A stretch of DNA of 63,970 nucleotides, counting the filler, from Craspedostauros australis (taxonomy: Eukaryota), in NCBI GenBank assembly GCA_030167865.1. It is 11 parts of 11 records of this genome, joined end to end, with 100 filler letters (N's around TTAATTAATTAA, not from the genome) between each part and the next. Parts side by side here need not be neighbours in the genome. Positions count along the whole stretch, not along the records: positions 3,754 to 19,311 come from JALAGF010001429.1; positions 19,412 to 25,724 come from JALAGF010001430.1; 9 more parts are not named here. The stretch is one strand, 5' to 3'. The position numbers and the translations under genes were made by a program. Position 1 is the stretch's first letter, and each line of letters begins with the position of its first letter. Of this stretch, positions 10,545 to 23,768 are shown piece after piece. The notes beneath the pieces are model-generated. The model was not told where the DNA came from and did not search any database. It saw nothing but the letters and a program-made list of their open reading frames with translations.

Positions 10545-13500
10545 TCACTTCTTCTGTTGCTGATTGTGTCCCGCCATGAGGAAGCTCACCAGATCCCGCG
10601 ATCCCAACTTGTCGTTGCTGGACTGCCGCTGCGAAGTCACTGGTGCGGGTATGGAGTGCCGGTACTTCGTCATGTACCCGCGCACAATCTCCCATCCCTT
10701 CAGCTGCCATTCGCTTCGGTTGGCAGTGGCATAGTTCAGATACTCGTCGCTCGAGACGCCAAAGCAACCGCATTCCTTCAGCTTCTTCGCCAGCGGGATG
10801 ATGTAAAAGTCGAAGAAGCCCAGCTCGCCTTCGTACCAGCCAATCGACGGGTCTTTCTCGCTCTTTCCTTCCGTGTACGCTCTGTACATCTCGTGGAACA
10901 ACTTCTCGTTCCACTTGCGATACACGTGCCAGTGCTGCATCGTGTGGGATACATCCGAGGCCTGGATCAAGTGCTCGATCACGATCGTCGCCTTCCGGTT
11001 AACGCTGTCCCGCTGCAGCTCCAGGGTGTCGCTGGGCAGCGCGGATTGGTCGAAGGCCGTCTCCCACCGCTTGCGGCGCAACGCCCCCAGCTCCTTGTCG
11101 GCGATGTCTGTTGCCATGACGGAGTTCACCACCAGCTGGCGGAAGCGATCCATCTCCTCCTGATCCATGTAAATGCAACCGCGCAGATCGACGAATCTCG
11201 GTTCCATGAGCAGCTCCCAGCTCAGGTCAACAGAATTCTGTTCTGCAACGCTCTTCTTCTTGTAGCGATCTGCGAGTTCTTGGTTGCATTCGATGAGGTT
11301 GGCGTTGGGCAATCCGGAGTGATCCACATCGTGAATCAACGCGGAGTAGATGCACGCGAAGTGGATCAAAGGATCCGACGTGATGCCGTACGTGTATTCG
11401 TGCAGCTGCGCTTCCCCCGTCTGCTTCTTGTAACGCATGACTTCGTAGTCGATGGAGTCTGGTGTCACCACGCGCGCCATGAGCTTCGCCACCGACTGCG
11501 TGACGTGGCTGGCATGCTCAAAGGAGTGGAACGGGTTGTCTCGGTACATCTTGCTGATCTCCTCCACGTACTGCTGCAGCTGATCGACGACGGCTTCTCC
11601 CAGGTCGATGTCGTCCGGATCGTGCTTGTACTGCTTGGTTTGCGTCGAGAGGTTGATGATCTCCCGCACCTCGTCCAGGACGGTGTCACCTTCCACCTCG
11701 ATGATCAATTCATCAACATCGTCGGGCATGCCTCCGCCGATCTCTTCTCGCATGGCCGTGATTTTCTTGAGTTGCTGCGCCATGATGTCCACGTTCCATT
11801 CGATCAGCCGCATTGTCTTCTCATCGATGCTGTCATTCGAGAGCATCGAGTTCGCAGACGACGAAGACGATTCGTCGCTGCTATCCAGGCTGTCACCATC
11901 ATAGTCGCTGCCATCGGCTGACGAATCCTCGACGAAGTCAATTTGCAATTCCCCGTCGCTGCTTTGGCCGTTCCCGTTCAGAATGGTTGAGAACTTGTCG
12001 TCTTGGTTGGACATTCGCGAGCTCCTCGGTGGCAGGTCCTGGATCTGCGTCTGATCGAAGATCAACCACCACGTTTGCATCATGCCCTTGCCCTTGACCT
12101 CCACCAAGGTATCGCGTGGTGACACCCAGTCTCGCATTCCCTTCGCGATGAGAATGTTGGCGGTCTCCTCCGACAAGTGAATGCGATCTCGTGCGCCCGT
12201 GCTTTCGATGCGGCACGCGGTGTTCACAGTATCACCAAACAGTTGGAACCTGGACTTGTCACCGCGGAGGACACCTGCCGTGACTGGTCCAGAATGCAAA
12301 CCGAATCTCATCGACAGATCTGCCGTGTCCGGTCCCAGTATGACCTCCAGCTTCCTAACGACCTGGTTCATGCGCCGGCGGCAGGCATTTGCAAACTTCG
12401 CCATCGCCTCGGCGTGGTCCTCGCGACGTTCCGGCAAGCCCGCCACAGCAACATAACAATCTCCGATGGTTTCGACCTTGAAGATCTGCTGACGTTTGGC
12501 GATAGCATCGAACGCGCTGTAAACAGACTCAAGCAACGTGAAGACTTCGGCTGGTTCGCGCTGAGAACTCCATGCAGTGAATCTGTGAACGTGCGAGTGT
12601 TCCAAACGTGGTCGAGGCAGTGGAAGAGTTCCATTGGGCATAGCAATGGGCATCACCATGGGCATGAGGTTGAAGCCGGCATTGCAATTGAAATGCATGC
12701 AGGAATTCGGAAGAAGATGATGCAAGAAAAAGTATCAGGTGTGATTGTGAATGTTAGTGCATTGTGTTGCGTCGCAGCGTATCATGCAGCTGTGAAGACT
12801 AGAAGCGCTTGCGAATGTTGTCACGACAGCACGCACCAATACACAAGTTGCGCTATTCATCTTCGTGGGTTCCACACGGCGACAATTGGAAACAGCACAG
12901 CACGCAATTCTTCCTCCTCATCGATGCAACAGTCGCACGTACCCAGCAATATCCGCAAACATCACTGTGCATTGAATGAACAGTTCTGCGATGGGTTTGT
13001 TGACTTGGAATCTGCTTGTCACGCTCTCCGGATCCGACATCATGTCTTCGTCCATGCTGTGGTCATTCGCAAGGTTCGGATCGTCAATGTCGCGTTCGCT
13101 GCCTCGCAGCGACGCGTTGCGATTGTTGTTTGGATGCGCCTCCTGCCGACGTTGCTTTTTGTCGCGTGCAGCACCGCCGAAGAGCAGACGATCCCTGAAT
13201 TGCGCGGGAAAGAGCGAGCTGATGAAGGCGTGCGATTGTTCAGCAGACTTCACGGCCTGGTCCTGCTGCTCCTGGTACATGCGATCGTAAATCACGAACA
13301 CAACCAGCAGCACGACGAACAGCAAGGCGACGACCGCCGTGAACACTCGCGGTTGCATGCTGGCATGGTCATCTTCAAGCTCGTCTGTCGAAAAGATGGA
13401 GATGGAGATCGGGCAGTACCCGCCATCGCCATCGGTGGATGTCAGAAGGTATTCCGTTTTGCTGATCTTCGATGATGTGATCTCCTCTTCGATGTTCAGT

Positions 13501-15429
13501 TGCGTGACACGGTAATCTGAGTCGATGTGATAGTAATGATACTGATTCTTGGTGCAGGAGTCCTGAATTCCGACGTGCACGTTCTTTATGCAAGACGTTT
13601 GTGACAGGACCGATTGCAAGAACGATATCCACGGGAGTCGGATGATATCGACCGCCACCACTTTCTGTGCGCCCTCGATGAACGAGTCCAGGATGGTTGA
13701 CATGAAGATCAGTTTGATGGGATCTGATACTTGCTGCAAGGAGACGATGGATCGCTGCTTGTTCTCCACGACGTGATTCAGGTACCGCTGAAAATCTGGC
13801 TCGTGAAATAGGTTGTTGTTGACCAAGTCCAACCTGACAGGGTTGGATTCCCAGATGGGTGCGAAGTACGAATCGATGCCGCCATCGTCATACACCGGTT
13901 CCCACTCACTCACCTGGCCGGTGTTGGGATCCGTGTATTCTTTGCGAAAGATGAATGGTGTGATGGACGGCTGTTTTTGCGCTGTCGTTTGAGGCAGACC
14001 ATTCTGGGTGAGCACCAGATGCTCATTCTCGATGGTCCAGGCTTCGTACCTTTGTCGCTCGGCACGCGGCACCAGCGGCGCATAGAACACCTCCATGGGT
14101 GCGCCGTCGTGACCGGAGATTTTGTACATATCTTGGTCGGAATCGCCATTGGATTGTCGGGGGATGATGTTGAACAAGCTCTCCGAACTTTGCCGGAAAT
14201 GAGGCAGGTGCACGAACGGCCACGTTACATTCGTATCCACGGCAAACGACGTTGTTGTTGTGCTCATCGTCGTCAGCGAGGACATGATCGTGCTTGCGTA
14301 AATGTGCGACGTCGAAAAGAAGGTTTCTGATGCATCCTCGAACTGTGGTGGGAAGATGGAAGCAGCAGAGCATGGATAGTGGGTTAAAGTCGGAGAATGA
14401 TGGAAGGATGGGGCATTACATTGTATTGCGTTGCATGAGAAGGTGTAATGTCACATGAGGGAAAGATGGAGGTTAGATTGGACACGAGATTGGGCACGAG
14501 ATTGGACACGAAATGAGGTGAGTGAATACCATCGCACAAGTCATGCCACGACCCAAAGAGGCATTCACGGACGAGAACTCCACAAGTGATAATGGGAATG
14601 CGAAATGAACTTCCAAGACTGTTGTCAAGCAATGTTCTGTCATGTCAACCAGAGCGATGATCCAGATAGCCCCAAAACCGGATACATGCGCCCAAGCAAA
14701 CCCCTGGTGATGATGGACCTTTCTCCCAAGATAGCAACGTCGATGCAAACACATTCATTCACACGCGGGATGCCAACGTACCGAATCTTCAAACTCGTCG
14801 TTTTCTTTGCGTGTGAGGATGACATAGGTGCTGATGCAGCACAGGATGCCAATCCCGACGATGGTCGCAAGGACCAGCTTCTGGGCCCAGCGGATGTTCT
14901 GCGAGCCGGTCTCGAAGGTGTCACCATCTCTGTTGGCGGCGCTGGTCTCGTCTTGGAAGCTCTCGCCTCGCTTCATGCGGGGATTGTTCTCGGCGGAAGC
15001 AGACGCTCGTCTCCCGGAAGCGGATGGGAGGACCGACATGGTGGATGGTTTGCCTTTGGTTGCTTTGCTGTGTATGCGACGTGTCGATCGGTTCTTGCCC
15101 ACAACTCTTCTGCTGCTGCCAGTGGCGCCGCTTGTGCCCTTGAGGCGATTGCCGGCTCTGCGCGTGCCTTTATTGCTGCTCTGCGCGCTGCTGGAATGCG
15201 ACGAGGACTGCGACCACGTGTCCTCCTCCTCTTCGGAATCCGCGGTGCTGCTGCTGAGTGCGTAGTTGGGCGACAGGAACTGGGAGCTCCCGTCTGTTGG
15301 TTGTGTCTGTGTCTGTAGTTGTGGCTCTGTCTGCGTCTGCGGTTGTGATGATGCCGCTGCGTCAAGTTGGGTGCGAGCTTCTTCCAGTTGATTCGTCTGT
15401 CGGTTGGCTGAGCGGGTTGCTCCTGACAT
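10545..15429 (-). CDS. Transmembrane class III nucleotide cyclase fused to a class I cyclic-nucleotide phosphodiesterase; exons 15429-14782, 14342-12943, 12582-10545
   Basis: GTACGT...CAG introns join the frames (FEDS|FEDASE; FADIAG|FTAW). Cyclase motifs KVETIGDCY, FGDTVNTACR; PDE motifs NPFHSFEH, IHDVDHSG, MATD, ASDVSH; two hydrophobic TM segments. Confidence 0.92.
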
Positions 15430-15911
15430 GCTCCTTGGATGTTCCTGTGAGAGGCTTCTGAGTGGTTGCTGGGTGGCTGCTGGTTGGAGGAACGCGTTTC
15501 GGTCTTTCGGCTCGACAGGAAGTGGCGAAGCTGATCTATTTGGTGCAGTTGCCTCCTGTTGTTGGAGCTGTTTGAATTGGAGCTGTTGGTAGTCGCGCTG
15601 TTGGGCAAGATGCCTCTTGTTGCGCCGAAATGGTCCAATCTATTCTGTTTTACCAACGATACTCAGCGTGTGCTACTTCTACAAACTCTGAAAAAGGGTG
15701 GACTCCCCCTCCTCAAAGACGAACGATGGTGTTGGTGATGCTGTTTTGGTGATGGTGGCAATGGCGGCGGCGCTGGTGGCGCTGACAACACTGGCGAAGG
15801 AAGTGGCTTGGGTGTTGCTGGTGATGATGTTGATAATGAGGATAAGGGTAAAGTTGGTGGGTTGTCTCCCTTGTCTCTCCTCTATCTGCTTCTGCCTGTT
15901 TCACTTTCATT

Positions 15912-16000
15912 CAATGGCAATGGCGATGGCAATGGCAGTGGCAATGGCAGTGGTAATGGCAATGACAATGGAGATGGCAACGGGAATGGCAATGGAGATG
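15912..16000. repeat. Degenerate (GGCAAT)n hexamer repeat
   Basis: aatggcaatggcgatggcaatggcagtggcaatggc... Confidence 0.85.
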
Positions 16001-18212
16001 AGTGTCAAACTGTTCGAAGTCGAGGGACCAAGCGAAGCAGCAAACGCGAGAACGATGTGGAGAGGCGATGATACTCGTAACTCGCATGAGCCATGTAGTC
16101 GGTTGAGGGACATACACACCTTCCACGTTCCTTGTGAAGAGCGTCTTGTTGGTTGTTGTGCTGGTTTCGGCGTGGGGGGGTGTTGACTTCAACATGTCAG
16201 GCATCTTGGCTGTTGGTGTCTTCCGCGTGAGTTGACACCAGCTTCTTTGTGCACTTTGGCGCCGACAAAAGCAACGAAACGGGTGTCAATCTGGTCCAAA
16301 TGACCCTGCCTTGGTGTTCTTCTCATTCGGTTAACCACAACCAGGAACGCAGAAGGCGCGGGCCCTTGCCGCCGTACTTTCGCCGACAAGAAGTGTCAAT
16401 ACTCTGAAAGCCGGCGAATGTGTGGCCACGATAATCCTACAAACAAGCTGAGGAACAAACGGATCACTGCGCCGGCTTAACCGCGCTGACGTAAGGTTGA
16501 GCCCCACTTAGCTCGTCGCCTTTTTGCTCCTTCGAGTACGACTCGCCCTGCGGCGTTCTCTGTGTCACAGCTTTGACATCTTTCCCTTCTGCGTGGTCAT
16601 TCTCAATACCCCCATGCCATCGCACGAACAGGATGTGATCAGATCCACTGTGTGGAGTGTTCTTCAACTTGCCCACCACATTCGCTGCAATCGAACCAAC
16701 GGGCTCGAGTTCTCGTAGCTGCGCAGGTGGTGCTCTGCGGTTGCGCTCGAACATGAAGCAACACAGTTTCCCAAACCACGAGCCAACACCATCGTCGATG
16801 GTGATGCAACAGAGTGCACAGGAGGTATAGATCATACTGCACTCATTTGGTATGTATCTGTATGGTGTGGTGTGTAGGTCCATTGTCACCTTCTTGTTCA
16901 TCTGGGATTGGTATCGTGCGATGAAAGTGTTCAGAGCACATCCCAAATGCTGCAGGGTTGAGCTTAACATGTCCACCATTCTGCAACATTGCATCTGTGA
17001 TGCTCCGCATCACGTACAGTTTTCCTCCTCTTGCCCCCAAACTCGCAAACGGCTGCTTCCTCCGACTGGAGAGGAATGGTCTCGCGTTCACATTTGCATC
17101 GCCGCATGCATTGATTGATGTTGCGAACGGATTCCTCCTCCTCTCTTGTATAATAATAGTATGTTCCTCCTTGGTTGTTGGTTGCTTCTTCGTCTGTTTT
17201 GGAGCCGCAAGCTGATTCTTCCTGGTCCGTATGTTCCGACACATTTGATCTGTCCGCACTAGTACGACCTACAACCATACTCACCACGGAACACTCTCCA
17301 AAGAGAGAGAGAGAGAGAGAAGAATGCGCCTTGTGGATGGAAAAACCGGGTTCAAAGTCGGGAGCGGTCTCGGAGGAGAAGAGCAGCGACCGCAGCAGGA
17401 ACACCGTCGAGGCGGTACGATCGCAGGACAATCAAACAATTCTGAAGTTGTCAAGATGTCCTGGGTTGACCACTGCACATACTCCTACGACTGTTACAGC
17501 AGCCATGTTAGCTCCAGATGCTTCGTCGCTCAGAGCGCGACATGACTATGATACCCCACGATACCGAGGGGATTGCGCAAGCCAAGAGCGGAATGATCGC
17601 CGAGACAACTGTGGAGTATAGTTGAGTCGGCTGGAATGGTACTCGTACGACTAATCACACCAAGTCCGAAGCCAAGGTAGCAATAGTCCTTGCAGAATGG
17701 GAGCCGGAAGAGCTCTATGAGCCCCTCGAGTAAGTCGACCAACACTTTGAAATGGACATTCTAACTTTTCATCTGCGATATCCAAACCAAGCACATATTC
17801 GTAATCCCTATAGTCTCTTTATACATAATTAACCGTTACATTTTTTGTTAGATCCTTATTTTAAGTTTTATGGAGTGATCTATGTATGTATAGCAGTCAC
17901 GTTGGTCCAACAGCACAAAACCCGTTGTTGTTGGCAGAAGGTTCTATCATGTTCTCATGTATTTATCGTGAGGTGATCAGTCACGGACTTGCTTCCGAAG
18001 GTGTCAGTCGTTTGGTACGCGTTAATTGCACGTTAGCATGTGGCACCTGATTCCACATTCTGTTCGTCACAAAACACATGACACAAAACACATCACACAA
18101 AACACATCATCGCCATCATTTCGCAAATTTGTGCCATGCTTCGGCTCCATTCACAACTTGCCTCGCCAATGCCCTGCACACTCGCCCTTTCGCTCCATGC
18201 TAGTTCTCGTTG

Positions 18213-18213
<1 letters not shown>

Positions 18214-18263
<50 letters not shown>
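18214..18263. repeat. (AGT)n microsatellite
   Basis: Perfect AGT run of ~16 units. Confidence 0.95.
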
Positions 18264-20349
18264 GGTGTTGTCATTGTTGGTGTTGTTGTCAACGAATGGT
18301 CGACCATTCATCGTTTTCTCTCCTTCCTCACTTCATCTCAACCTGTGCAGCTCATCACATCCACCTAGCAAACAACACTACTCTCCACCAACAATCCCAC
18401 CATGTTTCCCTCTGCTGCTGCCAAGGCCCTCTCCAAGGANNNNNNNNNNNNNNNNNNNNNNNNNNNNNNNNNNNNNNNNNNNNNNNNNNNNNNNNNNNNN
18501 NNNNNNNNNNNNNNNNNNNNNNNNNNTGCGGAGCAACTGTTGCCTGACAAGCCATCCGCTGCGTTGAGGAAGCCAACCACCATCACGCGAGTGATTGATG
18601 TGAAGCCGATGCTCGCAGCGGATGGCAGCCTCGTCCCGAACGGTACGCATGCGCACGCTCGCGAGCTGCATGTGTTCGTTCACATCCTCGATGGCAAAGG
18701 AGGCGTCTTCGACGACTCCAACGTCAACGTGCGATCCGAGGGACGAGGTGTCGGCGATGGAACAGTGGTGAGCGTTGTNNNNNNNNNNNNNNNNNNNNNN
18801 NNNNNNNNNNNNNNNNNNNNGCCTGTCGAGCCTACCCCGCCAGCGAGGCTTCCCCGGCGCTGCAATACTGTTGTTGCTGGGGGCTACGCAGATGCCTCTG
18901 GCGACAGCGACAGCACCTACGACGACAACGGCAAGGAGGAACGGGCGCGTGCCAGCAGGAACAGGAGAGGAGGTCAGTTCGGGTACAATCTGGAAGAGGC
19001 GGGAAACTGGAGGCGCGATGCCATCGTTCGTGCGATGGCAGCTCTTGGATCTAACCTAGATCCAAAACTGTTGCAGCTGATGCCGAAAAAAGGGTTCGTC
19101 CTCACAGGCAGCCACGATCGGACCATCTGGAGCTCTGTGAAACAGATGTGGAATGTTGTCTCATCCGCGCTTTGGACAGTGCTGCTGCCAGAAGAGGACG
19201 TGCCAACTCGTCAGATGGAACAGGTGGTTGCATTCGTGCGCGGCAACGTGGATCTTCCGCCAATCATGTTGGCGCCCAATCTGTACACCCTGGGCTTGCT
19301 CGGAGAAACTCNNNNNNNNNNNNNNNNNNNNNNNNNNNNNNNNNNNNNNNNNNNNTTAATTAATTAANNNNNNNNNNNNNNNNNNNNNNNNNNNNNNNNN
19401 NNNNNNNNNNNCTCAATCTCCTCGTGTTCGACCTCCTTCGTTTCTCATTTGCTCGAAGCGGGTCTTGGTCCGGCTTCACTATCCGATTGCATCTTCTCTG
19501 ATGGGTTTGCAATTGGTGTCATCGATAGCGCATTCCGTGTTTTTGAGTTTTTGTTTGTGTGTCGATTTTGTCGCCGCGGGCGATCATTTTGTGAGCTCCG
19601 CATTGCCATCAAATGGCCGTTGTCGCACATGGTTCGAATTGTCCTTACTTAGGGATGTGGCCCTAGTGTGGCCGTTATAACCGTTAAGTTTGGGTCTCCA
19701 TTGCGGGGTGATGCACATGGCTTGCATTCCCGCTGTGTGTCCCGTCTTCTTCCTGCGGATGATGCCCTGGAGTCGTATGGGTCGGCTGTATCAACCAGTC
19801 AATTATGTCTAGAAGTGACCCGATTTTGCTGATGTCGTAGTTGAAGTTTTCGCGCCAAACTGATTTTCAAGGAACGACATGGGACACACTCAAGTTTCCA
19901 GTCGTGTGTTCTTAAGTGAACTTCAACTCTAACTGTGCATTTACAATTGGAACCGCGTCTGTTTGTGTGTCATTTGGGCCAAACAATTGTCGATACGGTG
20001 GTGTGTTCAAGTAGGAAGGGAAAAGTGAAGTCCTTGGGACGCTTCTCTTTCGTCCCTGATCGTGTTTGGACTCAAACATCTTTGATGTATGGTGCAGCCT
20101 GCGCGCGTAACGAGCGACTTGTGGGTGCCGGTGATGTTCGGGTCAAGACCGATTAGCGCTGACCCTGGATGCTGCCAGTCTAACCACGGAAGGACGAAAC
20201 AACAACACACAACAACGCAGAATTCTCCAAAAACCTTCAGCAACCCAACAAAGCTCGTGCAAAGCGCCAAGAACCCTCCAGAGAACGCATTTGGTTGTGG
20301 CTCCGGTACAATTGAGATGAGAAGATTCTTCATCCCACAACACCAACAC

Positions 20350-20350
20350 C

Positions 20351-20382
<32 letters not shown>

Positions 20383-20383
20383 C
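20350..20383. repeat. (CAA)n microsatellite
   Basis: Perfect CAA run upstream of the LRR gene. Confidence 0.9.
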
Positions 20384-20513
20384 GACGGTGACGACCTCCA
20401 GCATAAACGACGAAGGACAGAACTCCACCACCAACGACGAAGGACAGAACTCCACTTCGCTCGACTCAACTCCGCTAAACTCCACTGAACTCCCCTTGTT
20501 AGACGCCACCGTG

Positions 20514-23500
20514 ATGGACGACCAGAAGCCACCACCAAGGAGCCCTGGCGATGACAAGGAAGGCAATGACGTGATGGAGAAGGAAGACAACGATGGCGCC
20601 TCCAGTGTTGCTGACGACAGAAAGCCTGCAGCCCACCGCCGGGAGGTCCGCATCGGTCGAGACCGAGTTAGACAACGTCGCAGCGGTGCACCGACCAGGA
20701 CCAACTCCACCGCCGACGATGATGCCAAGGCAAAGGCGAAGGCTGGAGCGCAACGTCCTGCTGGTCTGGTCTCACCCAGCAGCGTGTCCTCCGTCTCCAG
20801 CGGATTCTTCTCCCCCATTGGATCGGAGCAACGCAATACAATGCAGTTGCGAGTGTCAGGATCAGCATCAGTCGTTCCGCCGCCACCACTGCTGCGACCA
20901 GGAGCCGTGTCAGTTTCTGGCGTCGACGCATCAATGGAAGACATCGAAGCTTCCAATGCGTCCAATTCGTCCAATGCAGCGTACACGATTTCGCAGAAGG
21001 TCGGGGCTATCCCTACGTCCCTCAGGACCACCGAGGCATTGATTGGCACACGGACCGCCGGTGGCACAGGCATCCACGAGAGGAGCAAGCTTGGATACCC
21101 CAGAGGCACGCGGCCGTCGCAACGGGGTTCCAATCCCAGCAGGGCCGCCATGCCCAGTCGCAACTCAGTTGAAACGAAGGAGGAGGAGGATGACGAGGAG
21201 CTATTGCAGCCAACGGATGACCCGCCTCAGACCGTCCCGAGCCAACCAGGCGCCGTTGCAATTGTCGACAACTTGCGCCCACCCACAGCCTCCACCTTTT
21301 CCGCGGATCCATCTCACGCGCCACCGGTCTCGGAGGTGCACCAAACCAGGCCTTCCGACGTCTCCGTCTTCACCACGGACCACACCGAAAACAGTGACAC
21401 TAATGCCACCCTCATCACAGCCCAGCTGGCTCCAACCGAAGAGGACGTGGCGGATCGTGTCAAGGAGCGTCTCGAGAAGGAGTTCGCGGAGCGCATGGAG
21501 ACGCAGTTACAGGAGCGCATGGAGACGAAGTTACAGGAACGCATGCGCATGGAGAAAACGCGCAATGGCGGCAGCACGGTCCCGAGTGTCGCAGTTGTCA
21601 CCGCCGAAGCGGTGGAGGTCACGAAGGACGACGAAAACGGCAACTCCGGCAGTCAAAGCAGGCGCAGGACGTGCATTGGCATCATCGTCGCTTTGGTGCT
21701 GGCAGGGATCGGCGCTGGAATTGGCGTGGCGCTATCAGGCGGCAACTCCTCCAATGCCGACAACAGATCTCTCGTGACGTCGGCACCAACCGCAGCTCCC
21801 ATCGCATCACCGAGCCCGACCTTCACACCGCAGACCGCAGAATTCGACATGCTCGTCGATCGTCTGGCGCAGATCCTGGAAGGTGAACCGGCAAACACTG
21901 GGCGCAACGTACTGGAGGACCGATCCACCACACAGTACAGAGCATTGGATTGGCTCGCAAATCAAGACACCGCAGGTATTAACATGATGTCCGCTCCTCT
22001 ACCCGAGCTCCTCGAACGCTACGCACTTGCCGTTCTGTACTATACGACTGGAGGCGAGGACAAGTGGGGGAACAAATACAACTTTCTTACCAAGAGCAGC
22101 GTATGCGAATGGCGTGATGTCAGTGCTGACACCTTCGGCGGCATTGGTTCGTGTGACGAAGCTGGCAGGGTGACCGAAGCAAAGTTTGAGTCCAACTTCA
22201 TGACTGGCACCATTCCGAAAGAGCTCTTCCTCCTTGAACAGCTCACCAGCTTGCACATCAACAACAACGTCATCAGTGGAACGCTGCCAACCGAAATTGG
22301 TCTGTTATCAAACTTGATGGAACTCGCGATAGCCTTCCTCCCAATGTCCGGCCCCATGCCCACGGAGATCGGCCGCCTGGTCAACTTGACGGAAGCTCGA
22401 TTTGATACAGTTGGTTTCACCGGTACGCTTCCGTCCGAGATTGGCAACCTGCAATTACTTCAGTTGCTGGATATCTCCAGAAACTCCCTGACAGGCGTGT
22501 TTCCGACCGAGGTCGGTAAGATGCAAGCCCTGACCAACCTCCAGATCTTTCAGAACGGATTCAATGGGACAGTCCCAACCGAGTGGGGCCAGCTTACCAA
22601 CCTGCGGAGTCTTCGTGTCGAGGACACCGGGTTGCAGGGCAACCTGAATCCAATCTTTTGCTCAGGCTTGCATCCCAACCTTATTGACTTCTACTCAGAT
22701 TGCGTTGCCACTGACGATGGTGGGATTCCAGCAGAAACGACATGTTCCTGCTGCTCGAACTGCTGCGATGCCATGGGCAACTGCTGCAGCACTGTGACAG
22801 AGTGTCGCATTGTGAATGCCGAGAAGATGAACAACATACTCGCCATATTGAAACCACATCTGCAGGGCGATCCAATCTCTACGGACCCGTTGGTGTTCAA
22901 TGATATCGAAAGCCCGCAATACCGTGCCCTGTACTGGTTGGCAGATGTCGACAGCTTCGATCTCGACCTTGCCAATACAACAGATGAGGTGGTCGTGGAG
23001 CGATACGCCTTGGCTGTGTTCTACTATGCCACCACCTTCTTTGGGCGTTGGGACACGACTGCTCCTGTGTTGTCGCCTTCATCCGTTTGCGAATGGTGGA
23101 ATGGGGAAGAAGAAGTAGGCATCCAATGCGACGCCGAGGGCTGCGTCGCCTCCATCATGCTCTCAGACTCAAACGTGGACGCTTACCAGCTTCCCTCTGA
23201 GATTGCTCTTTTCGAAAACTTGACCATCTTCGATTGCTCCGACAATTACATCTCGGGGTTCCTCCCCACAGAAATTGGAAAGCTGGCTTGGCTTGAGGAG
23301 CTCAACCTCTCATCTAACGAGATATCTGGTGCGATCCCGACGGAATATGGAGACCTTTCGAGTCTCAGACTTCTCGATCTCAGCTCCAACTTCATCGGGG
23401 AGGAAATCCCATCAGAGCTCGGGAGGTTGTTGGTACTGGAGGAACTCTACCTCGACGACAATGGGCTCACAGGCGCGTTGCCATCTGAGATTGGTGATCT

Positions 23501-23768
23501 GTCCCAGCTTGGTGCCGTCTCCGTTTCAGGAAACTCCATCATCGGGGAGGTCCCGCCCCAATGGGGGAATCTGACGAAATTGTACAGCCTTCGATTGGAG
23601 GGGAACTCGATCACAGGCAACCTCACCGAAGTGTTCTGCGATGGATCATTCCAATTCTCTTTGTTTAGTTCAGACTGCAAGGAACCAGGCAACGGCGTCC
23701 TGCCTCCGGAGACCGAGTGCGCATGCTGCACACGGTGTTGCGAACGAAATGATGTCTGCGTCCCCTAG
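20514..23768 (+). CDS. Type II membrane protein with two tandem plant-type LRR modules, no kinase domain
   Basis: Disordered N-terminus, TM helix (RRRTCIGIIVALVLAGIGAGIGVAL), two QYRALxWL...ERYALAV caps, LxxNxLTGxLPSEIGxL repeats, Cys-rich C-caps. First ATG at 20514 (ORF track starts at GTG 20388). Confidence 0.9.
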   Translation: MDDQKPPPRSPGDDKEGNDVMEKEDNDGASSVADDRKPAAHRREVRIGRDRVRQRRSGAPTRTNSTADDDAKAKAKAGAQRPAGLVSPSSVSSVSSGFFSPIGSEQRNTMQLRVSGSASVVPPPPLLRPGAVSVSGVDASMEDIEASNASNSSNAAYTISQKVGAIPTSLRTTEALIGTRTAGGTGIHERSKLGYPRGTRPSQRGSNPSRAAMPSRNSVETKEEEDDEELLQPTDDPPQTVPSQPGAVAIVDNLRPPTASTFSADPSHAPPVSEVHQTRPSDVSVFTTDHTENSDTNATLITAQLAPTEEDVADRVKERLEKEFAERMETQLQERMETKLQERMRMEKTRNGGSTVPSVAVVTAEAVEVTKDDENGNSGSQSRRRTCIGIIVALVLAGIGAGIGVALSGGNSSNADNRSLVTSAPTAAPIASPSPTFTPQTAEFDMLVDRLAQILEGEPANTGRNVLEDRSTTQYRALDWLANQDTAGINMMSAPLPELLERYALAVLYYTTGGEDKWGNKYNFLTKSSVCEWRDVSADTFGGIGSCDEAGRVTEAKFESNFMTGTIPKELFLLEQLTSLHINNNVISGTLPTEIGLLSNLMELAIAFLPMSGPMPTEIGRLVNLTEARFDTVGFTGTLPSEIGNLQLLQLLDISRNSLTGVFPTEVGKMQALTNLQIFQNGFNGTVPTEWGQLTNLRSLRVEDTGLQGNLNPIFCSGLHPNLIDFYSDCVATDDGGIPAETTCSCCSNCCDAMGNCCSTVTECRIVNAEKMNNILAILKPHLQGDPISTDPLVFNDIESPQYRALYWLADVDSFDLDLANTTDEVVVERYALAVFYYATTFFGRWDTTAPVLSPSSVCEWWNGEEEVGIQCDAEGCVASIMLSDSNVDAYQLPSEIALFENLTIFDCSDNYISGFLPTEIGKLAWLEELNLSSNEISGAIPTEYGDLSSLRLLDLSSNFIGEEIPSELGRLLVLEELYLDDNGLTGALPSEIGDLSQLGAVSVSGNSIIGEVPPQWGNLTKLYSLRLEGNSITGNLTEVFCDGSFQFSLFSSDCKEPGNGVLPPETECACCTRCCERNDVCVP

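Noticed and set aside
10377..13475. Long + strand ORFs (514 aa, 432 aa); likewise 33548-34666 and 60057-61208
   Set aside because: Antisense shadows of codon-biased real genes, with no motifs.
18402..19367. 321-aa ORF
   Set aside because: Spans several N gaps, so frame continuity is unverifiable; no recognisable domain.
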